Made by a program: the position numbers and the translations under genes. Of a stretch of DNA of 64,000 nucleotides, positions 48,538 to 59,130 are shown piece after piece. Source of the stretch: an uncultured bacterium. GTDB taxonomy: Bacteria > Patescibacteriota > Minisyncoccia > UBA6257 > 2-01-FULL-56-20. Below the pieces are notes generated by a model. The model saw nothing but the letters and a program-made list of their open reading frames with translations. It searched no databases and was not told the origin of the DNA. The stretch spans positions 32,001 to 96,000 of the forward strand of contig CAWJQC010000004.1 of assembly GCA_963844965.1 (NCBI GenBank), read 5' to 3'. Positions within the stretch are counted from its first letter, which is position 1. Each line of letters begins with the position of its first letter.

Positions 48538-49740
48538 TTATTTCAGTATCTTAGTCACCGCTCCTGCGCCGACCGTCTTGCCGCCTTCGCGGATGGCAAA
48601 ACGCTGTTTTTCTTCAAGCGCGACCGGGAAATGAGTTTCACGGTGAGTTTAACGGTGTCGCCCGGCATGACCATTTCCATGCCTGCCGGCAAGGGTCACT
48701 TCGCCCGTAACATCGGTCGTCCTGATATAGAACTGCGGCTTGTAGCCGTTGAAGAACGGCGAGTGGCGGCCGCCTTCCTCTTTTGAAAGCACGTAAACCT
48801 CGCGCTCGAATTCCGTGTGCGGCGTGACGCTGCCCGGCTTCGCGACAACCTGCCCGCGCTCCACGTCTTCTTTCTTCAGGCCGCGGAGCAGAACGCCGAC
48901 GTTGTCGCCCGCCATGCCTTCGTCCAAGAGTCTTATTGAACATTTCAATGCCCGTGACGACGGTCTTCTGCCGTCGGCCTGCAGGCCGACGATCTCCACT
49001 TCTTCGTTCACTTTCACCTTGCCGCGCTCCACGCGGCCGGTCACGACCGTGCCGCGTCCTTCAATCGAGAAGATGTCTTCGATCGGCATAAGGAACGGCT
49101 TGTCGAAGTCGCGGACCGGATCGGGAATGAATGTCATCCACCGCTTTGATAAGGTCCAAGATCGGTTTCGCGTCCGGGTCGTCGGCGATTTCGCGGCCAA
49201 CGCTTTCAAAGCCGAACCGCGGATGATCGGAGTCGTGTCGCCCGGGAATTCGTATTTCTTCAAAAGCTCGCGGACTTCGGACTCAACGAGATCAATGAGT
49301 TCCGGATCGTCCACCTGATCGCACTTATTAAGAAACACGACGATGGTCGGCACGCCGACCTGGCGGGCAAGCAAAATGTGCTCGCGCGTCTGCGGCATCG
49401 GGCCGTCGGTCGCGGCGACGACCAAAATCGCGCCGTCCATCTGCGCGGCGCCCGTGATCATGTTCTTGATATAGTCGGCGTGTCCCGGCGCGTCAATGTG
49501 CGCGTAGTGGCGCTTCTCGGATTCGTACTCCGAATGGTGCAGGGCGATCGTGATGCCGCGCGCCTTTTCCTCCGGAGCGTTGTCAATTTGGTCCACTCTC
49601 TCTTCTTTCTTCGTCAGACCCTTCAAATGCAAAACGTGCATAATCGCGGCGGTCAGGGTCGTCTTGCCGTGGTCAACGTGGCCGATCGTGCCGATGTTCA
49701 TGTGCGGCTTGGCCCGGTAGAATTTTTCTTTTTCAGCCAT
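48538..49740 (-). CDS. tuf: Elongation factor Tu, with at least four 1-nt indels (near 49185, 49150, 48690 and 48600).
   Basis: [14 protein letters not shown]...DAPGHADY...NKCD. The C-terminus ...[51 protein letters not shown] can only be reconstructed by switching frames. Confidence 0.85.
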
Positions 49741-49864
49741 GGTTTTATTATTTTATTTTTATTTATTTTTTTAGTGAGAACCTGGCCTGATGGATATCGC
49801 GTATGAAAAGCCCCAAACCAATCGACCGGGGCCGCGAACACATCATCGGACCTTATAATGCTAG

Positions 49865-49894
49865 ATTATATACCATTCCCCCAACTGCTGTCAA
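49865..49894 (-). promoter_or_regulatory. tuf promoter (TTGACA-18-TATAAT on the minus strand).
   Basis: rc TTGACAgcagttgggggaatggtaTATAAT, ~125 nt upstream of the tuf ATG. Confidence 0.5.
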
Positions 49895-49980
49895 TTGCCA
49901 TTGTGGAATGATTGTGGACGGCGAAAGGGGGCAGGATTTGGACAAATCATAGATAGATAGCATGAATTAATTTATTACTT

Positions 49981-50040
49981 ATTAACGGATTAACGAATTG
50001 CGAATTGAATCCGATGCGTTAATACGTTAATTCGTTAATT
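49981..50040. repeat. Array of TTAACG half-sites (three direct 8-nt repeats plus inverted copies) upstream of the tuf promoter.
   Basis: attaacggattaacgaattgcgaattgaatccgatgcgttaatacgttaattcgttaatt. Confidence 0.5.
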
Positions 50041-50050
50041 TTAATAGAAT

Positions 50051-50088
50051 AAAAAACCCGCCGACGCTTACACCTAACGCGCGGCGGG
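50051..50088 (-). terminator. Intrinsic terminator after the 50101-50904 gene.
   Basis: cccgccg...cggcggg hairpin followed by a T-run on the minus strand. Confidence 0.55.
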
Positions 50089-50100
50089 CTCGTTCAAGAC

Positions 50101-50904
50101 TCATTTCCCTAGAGCGGAAAACGCCTCGTTGCCGGGATACTTTCTATGAAGGTAATCGTGGATATTAGCTTTGTCATCTGCGGTATATTGGCAGGCGTTT
50201 TTCTTGTCCGTGATTATCTTCAAAATCACGAACCAAACGTCGTCGGCGTACATACCGCCGTCCAGAGCCACCGATTCGAATATTAATTCCCGGCCGCGAT
50301 AGTCGTTGTTCGGAATGCCGAACAGTGTTGTCACCACGGGATGCGACGACGCCCTATAGTTCGTAAGGCCGAGAAGGAATTTCGCGCCACGGTACTTTGA
50401 GGCGGAAGCGACGGCAACGGCGGACTGCAAGGTGTTTTTTGCCGCCCACCACGAGCCGCAGCCATACAACAGAACTGCCTTGGTATATAGAAGATTCGCC
50501 TCTACATACTGATAAAAATCAATCTGCTTGCCGTTTCCTATTTTCTTATCAGCCTTGTTGATGCCCACATCAAGCAGCTTGAAAAAATCCGCGCGCGGGC
50601 CGTCCTCCAATTTAGGCGCGTCCTTTTTTTGTTCGTGCCGAAGCCGGAAAAGCCAGCTCAAAGATAGCCGCAGTTCACCGACGGGATCGTCCGGCTCCAT
50701 TTCCGCGTATTTTCTGAACTTGGCGTCGGCGCAGTTATAATCGCTGTTGTAAAAACAATTCAGGCCCGCCTCAAGCACAGCACGGCTCTCGGGCCTCATC
50801 TCACGGTCCGAGATAGAATCCGCAGAAAAAACCGGGGCAGCCGAACCCGAGAAGAGACACACCGACATAAAAAAGATGAGCATCCTCGTTCTCTTCGCGC
50901 CCAT
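50101..50904 (-). CDS. Secreted hypothetical protein (signal peptide) inserted between fusA and tuf.
   Basis: MGAKRTRMLIFFMSVCLFSGSAAPVFSA.... Confidence 0.45.
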   Translation of the reverse strand: MGAKRTRMLIFFMSVCLFSGSAAPVFSADSISDREMRPESRAVLEAGLNCFYNSDYNCADAKFRKYAEMEPDDPVGELRLSLSWLFRLRHEQKKDAPKLEDGPRADFFKLLDVGINKADKKIGNGKQIDFYQYVEANLLYTKAVLLYGCGSWWAAKNTLQSAVAVASASKYRGAKFLLGLTNYRASSHPVVTTLFGIPNNDYRGRELIFESVALDGGMYADDVWFVILKIITDKKNACQYTADDKANIHDYLHRKYPGNEAFSALGK

Positions 50905-51044
50905 TTTTCTCCTTTCAACGGCAAAATTTCAACGCAAGCCCATCAGCTACGAAGCATTATACGGAAATACTTCATAAAAGTCAAACAAATTGCCAAATTG
51001 CCCCGAGGGCGCAAGAGAACGCGACCAGGATCTCCGGCAAAAAA

Positions 51045-53149
51045 TTACCGTTTTTTGCCTTCGATAATCAACTGCGCAATGTTCTGCGGCACTGGCTCAT
51101 AATGGTCAAATTCCATCGTGAACGCTCCCCTGCCTTGCGTCATGGAACGCAACTCGGTCGCGTAGCCGAACATTTCCGCGAGCGGAACTTTGGCGTCAAT
51201 CACTTTCACGTTGGGCCGGTCGGAAATTTCCTCAATCCTGCCGCGCTTGGAGTTCAAGTTGCCGCTCACCTCGCCCAAAAATTCTATCGGGATGATAACC
51301 TGAAGCTTCATTATCGGCTCCAATATGACCGGCTTCGCGCGCTTCGCCGCTTCCTGCAGGGCGATGGAGCCAGCAATTTTGAAAGCCGCCTCCGACGAGT
51401 CAACTTCATGGAAAGAGCCGTCATAGAGCGAAACTTCAAGGTCGGTCATCGGGTAGTGGGCAACGACCCCCTTACTCAATGCTTCCACCACACCTTTTTC
51501 CACCGCCGGGATGAATTCGTTCGGAATGATCCCTCCCTGATATCGTCTATGAAAACAAATCCCTTGCCGCGCTCCAAGGACTTCACGCGCAGCCAGACAT
51601 GTCCGTATTGTCCGCGGCCGCCGGATTGCCTGATATATTTGCCTTCCGCCTCCGCTTCGCCCATAATCGTTTCTTTATAGGCAACCTGCGGCCGCCCCAC
51701 CGAACCCTCAACACCGAACTCCCGCTTCATCCTGTCAACAATAATTTCCAGGTGCAACTCGCCCATGCCAGAAATAATCGTCTCGCCAGTTTCCAGGTCG
51801 CCCGCCACGCGGAAAGTCGGGTCTTCTTCCGCCAAGCGGTGCAGGGCAATGCTCATTTTTTCCTGGTCGGCTTTCGTCTTCGGCTCAATGCGAATGCCGA
51901 TCACCGGCTCGGGGAATATGATCTTCTCAAGCACTATCGGCGCGTCGGGACTGCAAAGCGTGTCGCCGGTCGTCGTATTCTTCAAACCGACGATCGCCGC
52001 GATATCTCCGGCATGCACTTCCTCCATTTCTTCGCGGTGGTTGGCGTGCATCCGCACCACGCGGCCGACACGTTCCTGCTGGTCCTTCTTGGAATTCAAA
52101 ACGTACGTGCCGCGCTTCAAAACGCCGGAATAATTCCGGAAATAGGTTAAAGTGCCGACGTACGGGTCTGTCGCAACCTTGAAAGCCAGCGCCGAGAACG
52201 GCTCTTCGTCCTTGGGGTGCCGCACGATATCGGCGCCGCTCTTCGGGTCAATGCCCTTAACCGGAGGAAGGTCCGTCGGCGCGGGCAAATATTCCACAAC
52301 CGAGTCAAGCATAAATTGCACGCCTTTGTTTTTCAGGGCCGAACCGCAAAGCACCGGCACAATTTTGTTGGCAATAACGGCTTTGCGCAAAACGCGGCGC
52401 AAATCTTCAATGTCAAGCTCAGTACCATCCAAATACTTGGTCATCAAGGCATCGTCATTGTCCACAATGCGTTCCACAAGTTCATGCCGCGCCTTCTTCA
52501 CGTGCACTTTCATATTTTCCGGCATCGGAATTTCTGTAATCTTTTCGCCATGTTCACCCTCCGAGCCGTACGCCTTTTCGGTTAAGAGGTCTATCATTCC
52601 CACGAATTCACCCTCAAGGCCGATGTTCAACTGCAAAGGCAGTGCGTTCGGCGTGAGCCGTTCTTTGATTGACTGCAAACTTTTTTCAAAGCTCGCACCC
52701 AAGCGGTCAAGTTTGTTAATAAAGCAAATCCGCGGCACGTGGTACTCATCGGCATAGCGCCAGTTCGTTTCCGACTGCGGCTCAACACCTGCGACGCCAT
52801 CAAAGACGACAACCGCGCCGTCCAAAACGCGGAGCGAACGCTTCACCTCCACCGTAAAGTCAATGTGCCCCGGCGTGTCAATCAAATTTATCATATGCTC
52901 AAATTTTTTGTCGCCCTTGCGGTAAGTCGGAATCCAGAACGCCGTCGTTGCGGCGGAAGTAATCGTAATTCCCCTCTCACGTTCCTGCTCCATCCAATCC
53001 ATCACCGTGTCGCCCGTGTGCACCTCGCCGATTTTGTGACTGACGCCCGTATAAAAAAGCACCCGTTCGCTCACGGTGGTTTTGCCGGCATCTATATGGG
53101 CGATGATGCCGATGTTACGGACCTTCTCGACAGGATACATTCTAGGCAT
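51045..53149 (-). CDS. fusA: Elongation factor G, with a 1-nt frameshift near 51520 splitting it into two ORFs.
   Basis: [25 protein letters not shown].... The C-terminal ORF 51045-51503 continues ...[27 protein letters not shown]. Confidence 0.85.
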
Positions 53150-53363
53150 TGAATTTGAATAAACTTATTTTAATTCTCGCGCATATTGATGCGGGAAAGG
53201 GGTCGGGAAAACGGGAGTTTTCCCGTATAGGAAAAAGGCCGGAGGCCGAGTTAAAAACCGAGAGGTTTTTAAGGAGCGGGTTGCTGTATAGCGACTCGCG
53301 ACCGTCTATATGCGCGATTATTCCTATATTTCTTACTTTTTCTACTGGATATTGTCGCGGCAT
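53142..53363 (-). pseudogene. Re-coded relic of the EF-G N-terminus (first 20 codons) directly upstream of fusA.
   Basis: [21 protein letters not shown] then nonsense. Different codon usage (AT-rich) from the real fusA start. Confidence 0.45.
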
Positions 53364-53371
53364 AAAATAAA

Positions 53372-53758
53372 TTATTTATCTTCTTCAACTTCCGGCAAAC
53401 CTGTTCCGCCTCTCACCCCTTGGCCGCCGCTCTCCACGTAAGACATGGTGACATCGAATGCGTTCCGGAGATAAGGAATTTTGGCGGGACTGCTGTTGCC
53501 TTCCTCTATCTCCGACCAGCTAATTTTGCCTTTTTCCAAAAGAGCGCTCAGAACTTCTATTTTTGATTTGGTGCCGAAATCCAAAACCGTTTCCGGTGGT
53601 GCATAAGCGATGTTTTTACCCTGCCGAAGCGCTTCCAATTCGTGGCGTTTCGCTCGTTCCTTATATTCTTCCAATTTTAATCGCAATTGCTTTACGCGCC
53701 GTCCGTCAGTAGGCAAAACTATCTCTAAACCACTTTTTTCGGCTTCCGGACCTTTCAT
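53372..53758 (-). CDS. Hypothetical protein inserted between rpsG and fusA.
   Basis: 128-aa charged ORF. Confidence 0.4.
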   Translation of the reverse strand: MKGPEAEKSGLEIVLPTDGRRVKQLRLKLEEYKERAKRHELEALRQGKNIAYAPPETVLDFGTKSKIEVLSALLEKGKISWSEIEEGNSSPAKIPYLRNAFDVTMSYVESGGQGVRGGTGLPEVEEDK

Positions 53759-53886
53759 CGTGGCAAATAATTACCGGGCGAAGTGCGCGAATGCCCTGTT
53801 CGCTTCCGCCCCCGCACCAAAGCTACGCTTGGTACGGGACTCCGCCTCTTCTAAATATCTTAAATTAAGGTGGCTACGCATTCTGT

Positions 53887-54354
53887 TTATCTGGCAAAGT
53901 GTGCAAAGGCACGATTAGCCTCAGCCATCCGGTGCATATCTAACTTCTTTTTGATTGCCGCGCCTTCATTCTTGGAAGCGGCAATGATTTCTTCCGCCAA
54001 TTTGTCGGCCATGGGCTTGCCTTTGCGGCTGCGCGCAGTGCCGATTATCCAGCGGATTGCCAAAATAAACCTGCGTTCGGGGCGCACTTCAATCGGCACT
54101 TGATAGTTCGCGCCGCCGACCCGCCGCGATTTCACCTCCAATAAAGGCGAGGCGTTTTCAACGGCTTTCTCAAAAACCTTCAGGGAATCTTCTTTCGTGA
54201 TTTCTTTCACTTTATCAAACGCGTCATAGACAATTTTTTCGGCAATTGATTTCTTGCCGTCGCGCATCACGTAATTAATAAAACGCTCCACGTCTATGCG
54301 CTCATGCTTTATGTCCGGCTTGTGATATTTTTTGTAAACTCGTTTTTTGCGCAT
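53887..54354 (-). CDS. rpsG: 30S ribosomal protein S7.
   Basis: ...[19 protein letters not shown].... Confidence 0.85.
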   Translation of the reverse strand: MRKKRVYKKYHKPDIKHERIDVERFINYVMRDGKKSIAEKIVYDAFDKVKEITKEDSLKVFEKAVENASPLLEVKSRRVGGANYQVPIEVRPERRFILAIRWIIGTARSRKGKPMADKLAEEIIAASKNEGAAIKKKLDMHRMAEANRAFAHFAR

Positions 54355-54437
54355 TGTTACATATGGTTGTCATTCCGAGCTTTGCGAGGAATCTCATGAG
54401 ATCCTTCACTTCGCTCAGGATGATGCTCTGCGGAGCG

Positions 54438-54848
54438 TCATTTCGGCCGCTTTACACCGTATTTACTGCGCTGCTGTTTCCTGTTATCCACTCCGGTCGT
54501 GTCCAAAATTCCGCGGATAACGTGGTAGCGCACGCCCGGCAAGTCCTTCACGCGGCCGCCGCGCACGAGAACGATGGAGTGCTCCTGCAGGGTGTGGCCT
54601 TCGCCGGGAATATAAGCCGTGATTTCCATGCCGTTCGTGAGACGGACGCGCGCGACTTTGCGCAGAGCCGAGTTCGGTTTCTTCGGCGTTGTCGTGAAAA
54701 CCTTGAGGCAAACGCCGCGCTTGAACGGTGAGCCGGAATCCACCGGCCGATTCTTCAGCGTGTTGAAATAATAAGACAGCGCCGGCGCCTTGGTCTTTGC
54801 TTTAAGCGGCTTCCTTCCTTTTTTAATTAGTTGACGGATTGTCGGCAT
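54438..54848 (-). CDS. rpsL: 30S ribosomal protein S12.
   Basis: [12 protein letters not shown]...[19 protein letters not shown]. Confidence 0.9.
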   Translation of the reverse strand: MPTIRQLIKKGRKPLKAKTKAPALSYYFNTLKNRPVDSGSPFKRGVCLKVFTTTPKKPNSALRKVARVRLTNGMEITAYIPGEGHTLQEHSIVLVRGGRVKDLPGVRYHVIRGILDTTGVDNRKQQRSKYGVKRPK

Positions 54849-55018
54849 CCTTAGATAATCTCCAATTTACAATACCCAATTTCCAACTAAATTTCCAGAT
54901 TAACAAAATTAGCAGCCAGCCACAGCCGCTACATTAGGAAAGTGTACAGTAAACGGCGGCCAGTGTCAAACCCACCACGCTTACCCACCGCGCCTAAGAG
55001 AGATAAAAAAAAGCCGCT

Positions 55019-55729
55019 TCAAAATCCGAAAGACTGCCCCGTGATGAGCGTGAAAAGAAACTGAATGATGGGCGCTATGAGCTGAAATCCGAAGAATACG
55101 AAAATGAGAACGAGAATCATGCCGTAGCGCTCCAGGAAATATGCCGCGCGGTAGCTCGCTTCGGTTTTCGGCAAAACGGCGAATAAAACCTTGGAGCCGT
55201 CAAGCGGCGGAATGGGAACAAGGTTGAATACGGCGAGCAGAATGTTAATAAGAGTTATCACAAAAAAAGCATATAAAATCATAGCAACTGGCGAAGTTAG
55301 TAAAGTTAAAACTAGGTCCGTTCTGCCAGAAAGCACGGCTATAGCCATATTATTTCGCAACATTTCGGATACTGGCAAAAACCGACTAGCAATTCCAAAA
55401 AAAATTGCTATTAACAAGTTTGAAGCTGGCCCAGCAACGGCGATTTTTCCAGCTCCAGAAAGAGGATCGCGCAGATTATTCGGGTTGTATGGCACGGGCT
55501 TCGCCCAACCGAAGACCATGCTGCCTCCGGTCAAAAAATAAAGAGAAACCGGCAGCAGAAACGAGCCGAAGAAATCCAGATGTTTTATGGGATTCAAAGT
55601 CAGCCGCCCGGCGAGCCGCGCCGTGGGGTCGCCCAAGTGCTCGGCGACGACGCCGTGCGAAACCTCGTGGATTACGGCGGACATTATGAGTATCGCGAGC
55701 CAAAATAAAAAAGCGATTGTGGATGTCAT
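55019..55729 (-). CDS. M50-family (site-2 protease-like) membrane metalloprotease.
   Basis: HEVSHG zinc motif within TM helices. Confidence 0.6.
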   Translation of the reverse strand: MTSTIAFLFWLAILIMSAVIHEVSHGVVAEHLGDPTARLAGRLTLNPIKHLDFFGSFLLPVSLYFLTGGSMVFGWAKPVPYNPNNLRDPLSGAGKIAVAGPASNLLIAIFFGIASRFLPVSEMLRNNMAIAVLSGRTDLVLTLLTSPVAMILYAFFVITLINILLAVFNLVPIPPLDGSKVLFAVLPKTEASYRAAYFLERYGMILVLIFVFFGFQLIAPIIQFLFTLITGQSFGF

Positions 55730-55829
55730 ATCAACAATAATATCCGAAAACCGCGGTCTTTGCCAATTAAGAAAAAACAAATTAAAATGAGCATGTCGCC
55801 CTCGTGGTGAAACTTGCCCTCCCACCTTT

Positions 55830-55902
55830 GTCCCTGTAGCTCAACGGATAGAGCGTGTGGCTTCGAACCACAAGGTTGCAGGTTCAAATCCTGCCAGGGA
55901 CG
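55830..55902 (+). tRNA. tRNA-Arg (UCG).
   Basis: GTCCCTGTAGCTCAACGGATAGAGCGTGTGGCTTCGAACCACAAGGTTGCAGGTTCAAATCCTGCCAGGGACG. Confidence 0.85.
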
Positions 55903-55928
55903 CAAAGGTGGGAGGGTGAAGATATCAT

Positions 55929-55978
55929 ATGTGGCTTCGAACCACAGGTTCCAGGTTCGAGTCCTGGCGAGGGCACAC
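55929..55978 (+). other. 5'-truncated copy of a tRNA-Arg(UCG) paralog (anticodon arm + T-arm + acceptor 3' strand). Candidate att site.
   Basis: The 17-nt tgtggcttcgaaccaca is identical to the intact gene. The T-arm/acceptor is ccaggttcgagtcctggcgagggca. Confidence 0.6.
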
Positions 55979-56072
55979 ACAACATTTCGTATCGCGGCAT
56001 CGTGGGGGCCGACGCTCTAGCGCGACCCCGAGAGGCCTACCGATACGGAATATCGTCCTCCTTATTTCTCTA

Positions 56073-56324
56073 TTAAGAGCCGGCAAAAATACTTTTGATA
56101 AGGCTTGTAATGCCGCCTGCTATCAGCACGATCACAAAACCGACTGCCGCATACGTAAGGGTCTTCTTCCCTTTCGAAAATTTTTCAGGATCGCCAGCCG
56201 CCGTCATCATTTGAAACCCGCCGACAAGCACCATTATACTTGTGAGCGGCGCTGCAATATCGTAAAAAAGAAATCCCGCCACACTATTCGCGACGGACAC
56301 CAAGCTGCCCCCCCATTCGTACAA
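56073..56324 (-). CDS. Small 2-TM membrane protein (pilin/TrbC-like is speculative).
   Basis: 83-aa ORF with two hydrophobic helices. Confidence 0.35.
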   Translation of the reverse strand: MYEWGGSLVSVANSVAGFLFYDIAAPLTSIMVLVGGFQMMTAAGDPEKFSKGKKTLTYAAVGFVIVLIAGGITSLIKSIFAGS

Positions 56325-56491
56325 TTTGGATCGAACGGATTAAAAAGTTGGTTGGGAGGGCACGCGGCAAAAGCTAACTTCGCGACGGTTAAGGCGCTGA
56401 CTGTTATTAAAATCTTTGTTGTGCGGCGGATAATATGCATATGGATTATTATAGCATACGAGATAGCGTGGCAGAAGCCCATTTTGTTTAG

Positions 56492-57886
56492 CTATTTCTG
56501 CAAGCTCAGAATTTTATTCCTGAACGTCAACTTACTCTTGAAGCAAGATAGCAATTCGCGTTTCTCGACCGTGCTGCCCTTTTTGAGAAGATATTTTGCG
56601 TACGTTTTAAGGTCAATTTCTTTAGTGGCCGCTTTCGATCCTTCTCCCAAGACATCGTTCGCGAATTTGCGATATCGTTCCATCTCGTCTTCGAATTTCT
56701 TCTGCATCCCAATCTCACTGATATCCATCTCGTCAATGATAGCGAGAAGTTGAGCGATCAATTCCTCTTCGCGAATGTATCCGCACTTGCAATCCTTATC
56801 TTTCGAGCGTGAGCATCCATAGTACACGTACCGCGCCGTCGTTCCATCCTTGTGCGCCTTATATTTCTCGCACGCACTGATGCCCGATCCGCATAGGCCG
56901 CACGAGATCAGTTTCGTAAACGAAAATTCCTTTATCTCCGACCTGATGACAAAATCTCGGTGCAGCTGCTCCTGTACTTTATCGAACAGCTCCCGCGAAA
57001 TGATTGCTTCGTGCTTGCCGCTGTACCAGTTACCGCTCTTCAGTGGATACTCAAAGATGCCGCAGTAAAATGGATTTTTGAGGATGATATAAATATTGGA
57101 TAACGAAAGCACTTTCCCATTCTTTGTTCTGAATTTGATTTCCGACTTCAGCCAATGATAAAGCTTCCGGCCCGACCATTGTTCGTCGGCGACTTTCTGG
57201 AGCATTTGCTTGATGACGGGCGCTCGCAGGGGATCAATGATAACTTCACAAGGACGGTCGGTGCTCTTCTCGTTAAGATACCCTGTCGGTGCGATAGACG
57301 GACGCAAACCTTGTTCGCACCGCATCCGTAATCCGCGCTTCACGTTTTCCGATTTGTTATCATTCTCAAGTTTCGCTTGGCTGCACAAAATCATCAACAT
57401 GAATTTCTCGCTCGGCGAGTTCGTGAATTTCTGGCTGAAGGTTCTGATCTCGATAAGTAATTTTTGATCCATCAAGTCCACCAAGCCGCCAAGGTCGCCC
57501 GCGTTGCGGCTCAAGCGATCCGGCGCCCATGTAAGGATACCGTTGAATTCGCCGGAACGAATATCAATAAGCAACTCGTTAAAAATTTTTCGCTGGCCGA
57601 CAGCTTTTGCGGAATGGCTTTCCTTTCTAACTTCGGCGATCTCAAGGTTATCGCGCTCGGCGATTTTCAGCATCTCCTTTATCTGACTATCAATGGAAAG
57701 CACTTGCTGTTCCTCGCTCTCCGTACTTTTCCTCGCATAGAGGCAGTATTTTATTTTTATCGCTTCGGCCTTTGTCGCAGAAACGCCCGACTGATCCCAG
57801 CCCTTTGGTATATTTGTTATTTTCTCCATACCTAAGGGATGCCGCAACGGCGGAAGGAGTCCAGAGCATCCTTGTCGGTAACTCAA
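56492..57886 (-). CDS. Large serine recombinase (resolvase domain + recombinase domain + zinc ribbon).
   Basis: YARKSTESEEQ...SIDSQ catalytic region. C-terminal CGLCGS...YYGC. Confidence 0.8.
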   Translation of the reverse strand: MSYRQGCSGLLPPLRHPLGMEKITNIPKGWDQSGVSATKAEAIKIKYCLYARKSTESEEQQVLSIDSQIKEMLKIAERDNLEIAEVRKESHSAKAVGQRKIFNELLIDIRSGEFNGILTWAPDRLSRNAGDLGGLVDLMDQKLLIEIRTFSQKFTNSPSEKFMLMILCSQAKLENDNKSENVKRGLRMRCEQGLRPSIAPTGYLNEKSTDRPCEVIIDPLRAPVIKQMLQKVADEQWSGRKLYHWLKSEIKFRTKNGKVLSLSNIYIILKNPFYCGIFEYPLKSGNWYSGKHEAIISRELFDKVQEQLHRDFVIRSEIKEFSFTKLISCGLCGSGISACEKYKAHKDGTTARYVYYGCSRSKDKDCKCGYIREEELIAQLLAIIDEMDISEIGMQKKFEDEMERYRKFANDVLGEGSKAATKEIDLKTYAKYLLKKGSTVEKRELLSCFKSKLTFRNKILSLQK

Positions 57887-57985
57887 AACTCGATATCAGG
57901 CGACGAAGGGGCAAAGAAGGCAAGCAGAGTGATTTCCCCAGCCACCCTCTTTAAGACCATTTATAAACGAGCTATAATAATTCTA

Positions 57986-58951
57986 ATGTTCAGTACCAAT
58001 GCGCGACGGGTAATGTGTGTCGTTGCAGGTTTGATTTTGACTTCGCTCGCTTGGATCGGATGCGCGAATTATTTCAACTGGTACGCCGACACAATCGGTC
58101 CCGTGGCCTGGTTTGGCACCCTGTTCCTATTTGCCGCAGCAGGAGTCGGCGCCGGTCTGCTCTTCGAAAAATCGACCAGGGCTCATTATCAGTCTGCAAT
58201 GACGGCAAATCCCCAACTTAAGGAACGAATGGAAACTACTCTCGGAAGGCGCCTCAAGTTTGGCTACGTGCTTGCCGGGCTTTATGTCGCCTATAGGCTT
58301 TTCGGATATTATCTGTTTTTTGTTCTCGGCTTCTCTTTATCTCCAGCGGCCCATCTTCAACTGATTCTTTCGGCGGTCGTTGAGGCGGTTGTCGCCTTAG
58401 TGTGTTTGTTGCTTTATTGGGAGCGCGGAGAAGATGCCAGTACGGCGAATATAAAAAAGCATTTGCTTGTCTATGTTATTTTCTTCTTCGTTCTCGCAGT
58501 GGTTGACGGTGTCGCACTGCTTGTCTTGAAGCCCGCTTCGGCGGTAGTTCAAACACCCGCAACTCTCGAATCCGCGCTCGAAGCATTTTCCGCCGAGGAA
58601 TTTTCCGGGGCAGCAGCAAAAGGGGCGCAAGCGCTACAAGTAAAAGATATGGTCGGGATAGCTTCGGCGCTCCAGAAGATCAATGCTCATTTTAACCAAT
58701 CATTAACCAGCGCGGATCTTTATGACATGCGGTACACCATTAATTGGGGCTTGAATGAAGCAATTGCATATTACCAATTCGAGGCCGACGATCAATCCAT
58801 TTACGCTCTTCAGCTTACCGAAAATCTTGCGACCAGCAATATTGCCGAGAGTTATTATTCGTTTCCGGCAGGTAGCACCTCCGCTCTAACCGGACAGAGG
58901 TATCTCTTCGTGGCAAACGGATTCAAACGCGGCCGAAACTTTGTTCCTTGA
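57986..58951 (+). CDS. Hypothetical 4-TM membrane protein with a C-terminal soluble domain.
   Basis: Start taken at MFSTNARRVMCVVAGLILT. Confidence 0.4.
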   Translation: MFSTNARRVMCVVAGLILTSLAWIGCANYFNWYADTIGPVAWFGTLFLFAAAGVGAGLLFEKSTRAHYQSAMTANPQLKERMETTLGRRLKFGYVLAGLYVAYRLFGYYLFFVLGFSLSPAAHLQLILSAVVEAVVALVCLLLYWERGEDASTANIKKHLLVYVIFFFVLAVVDGVALLVLKPASAVVQTPATLESALEAFSAEEFSGAAAKGAQALQVKDMVGIASALQKINAHFNQSLTSADLYDMRYTINWGLNEAIAYYQFEADDQSIYALQLTENLATSNIAESYYSFPAGSTSALTGQRYLFVANGFKRGRNFVP

Positions 58952-59130
58952 TACTGCAGGTGCTTATCTCAACCTACCTATGCAATCTCCGATTATGAAC
59001 GAAGACCTTTATTATCCTTTAACGGCATCTGCTCCTTCGTGGACAGTGTCCGTCCTCTTTACGAGCACTACGGAGGAGGGACAACAGCAAGTTCACGCTC
59101 TATAATACCTTTGACGCGAATACCGAGCGG

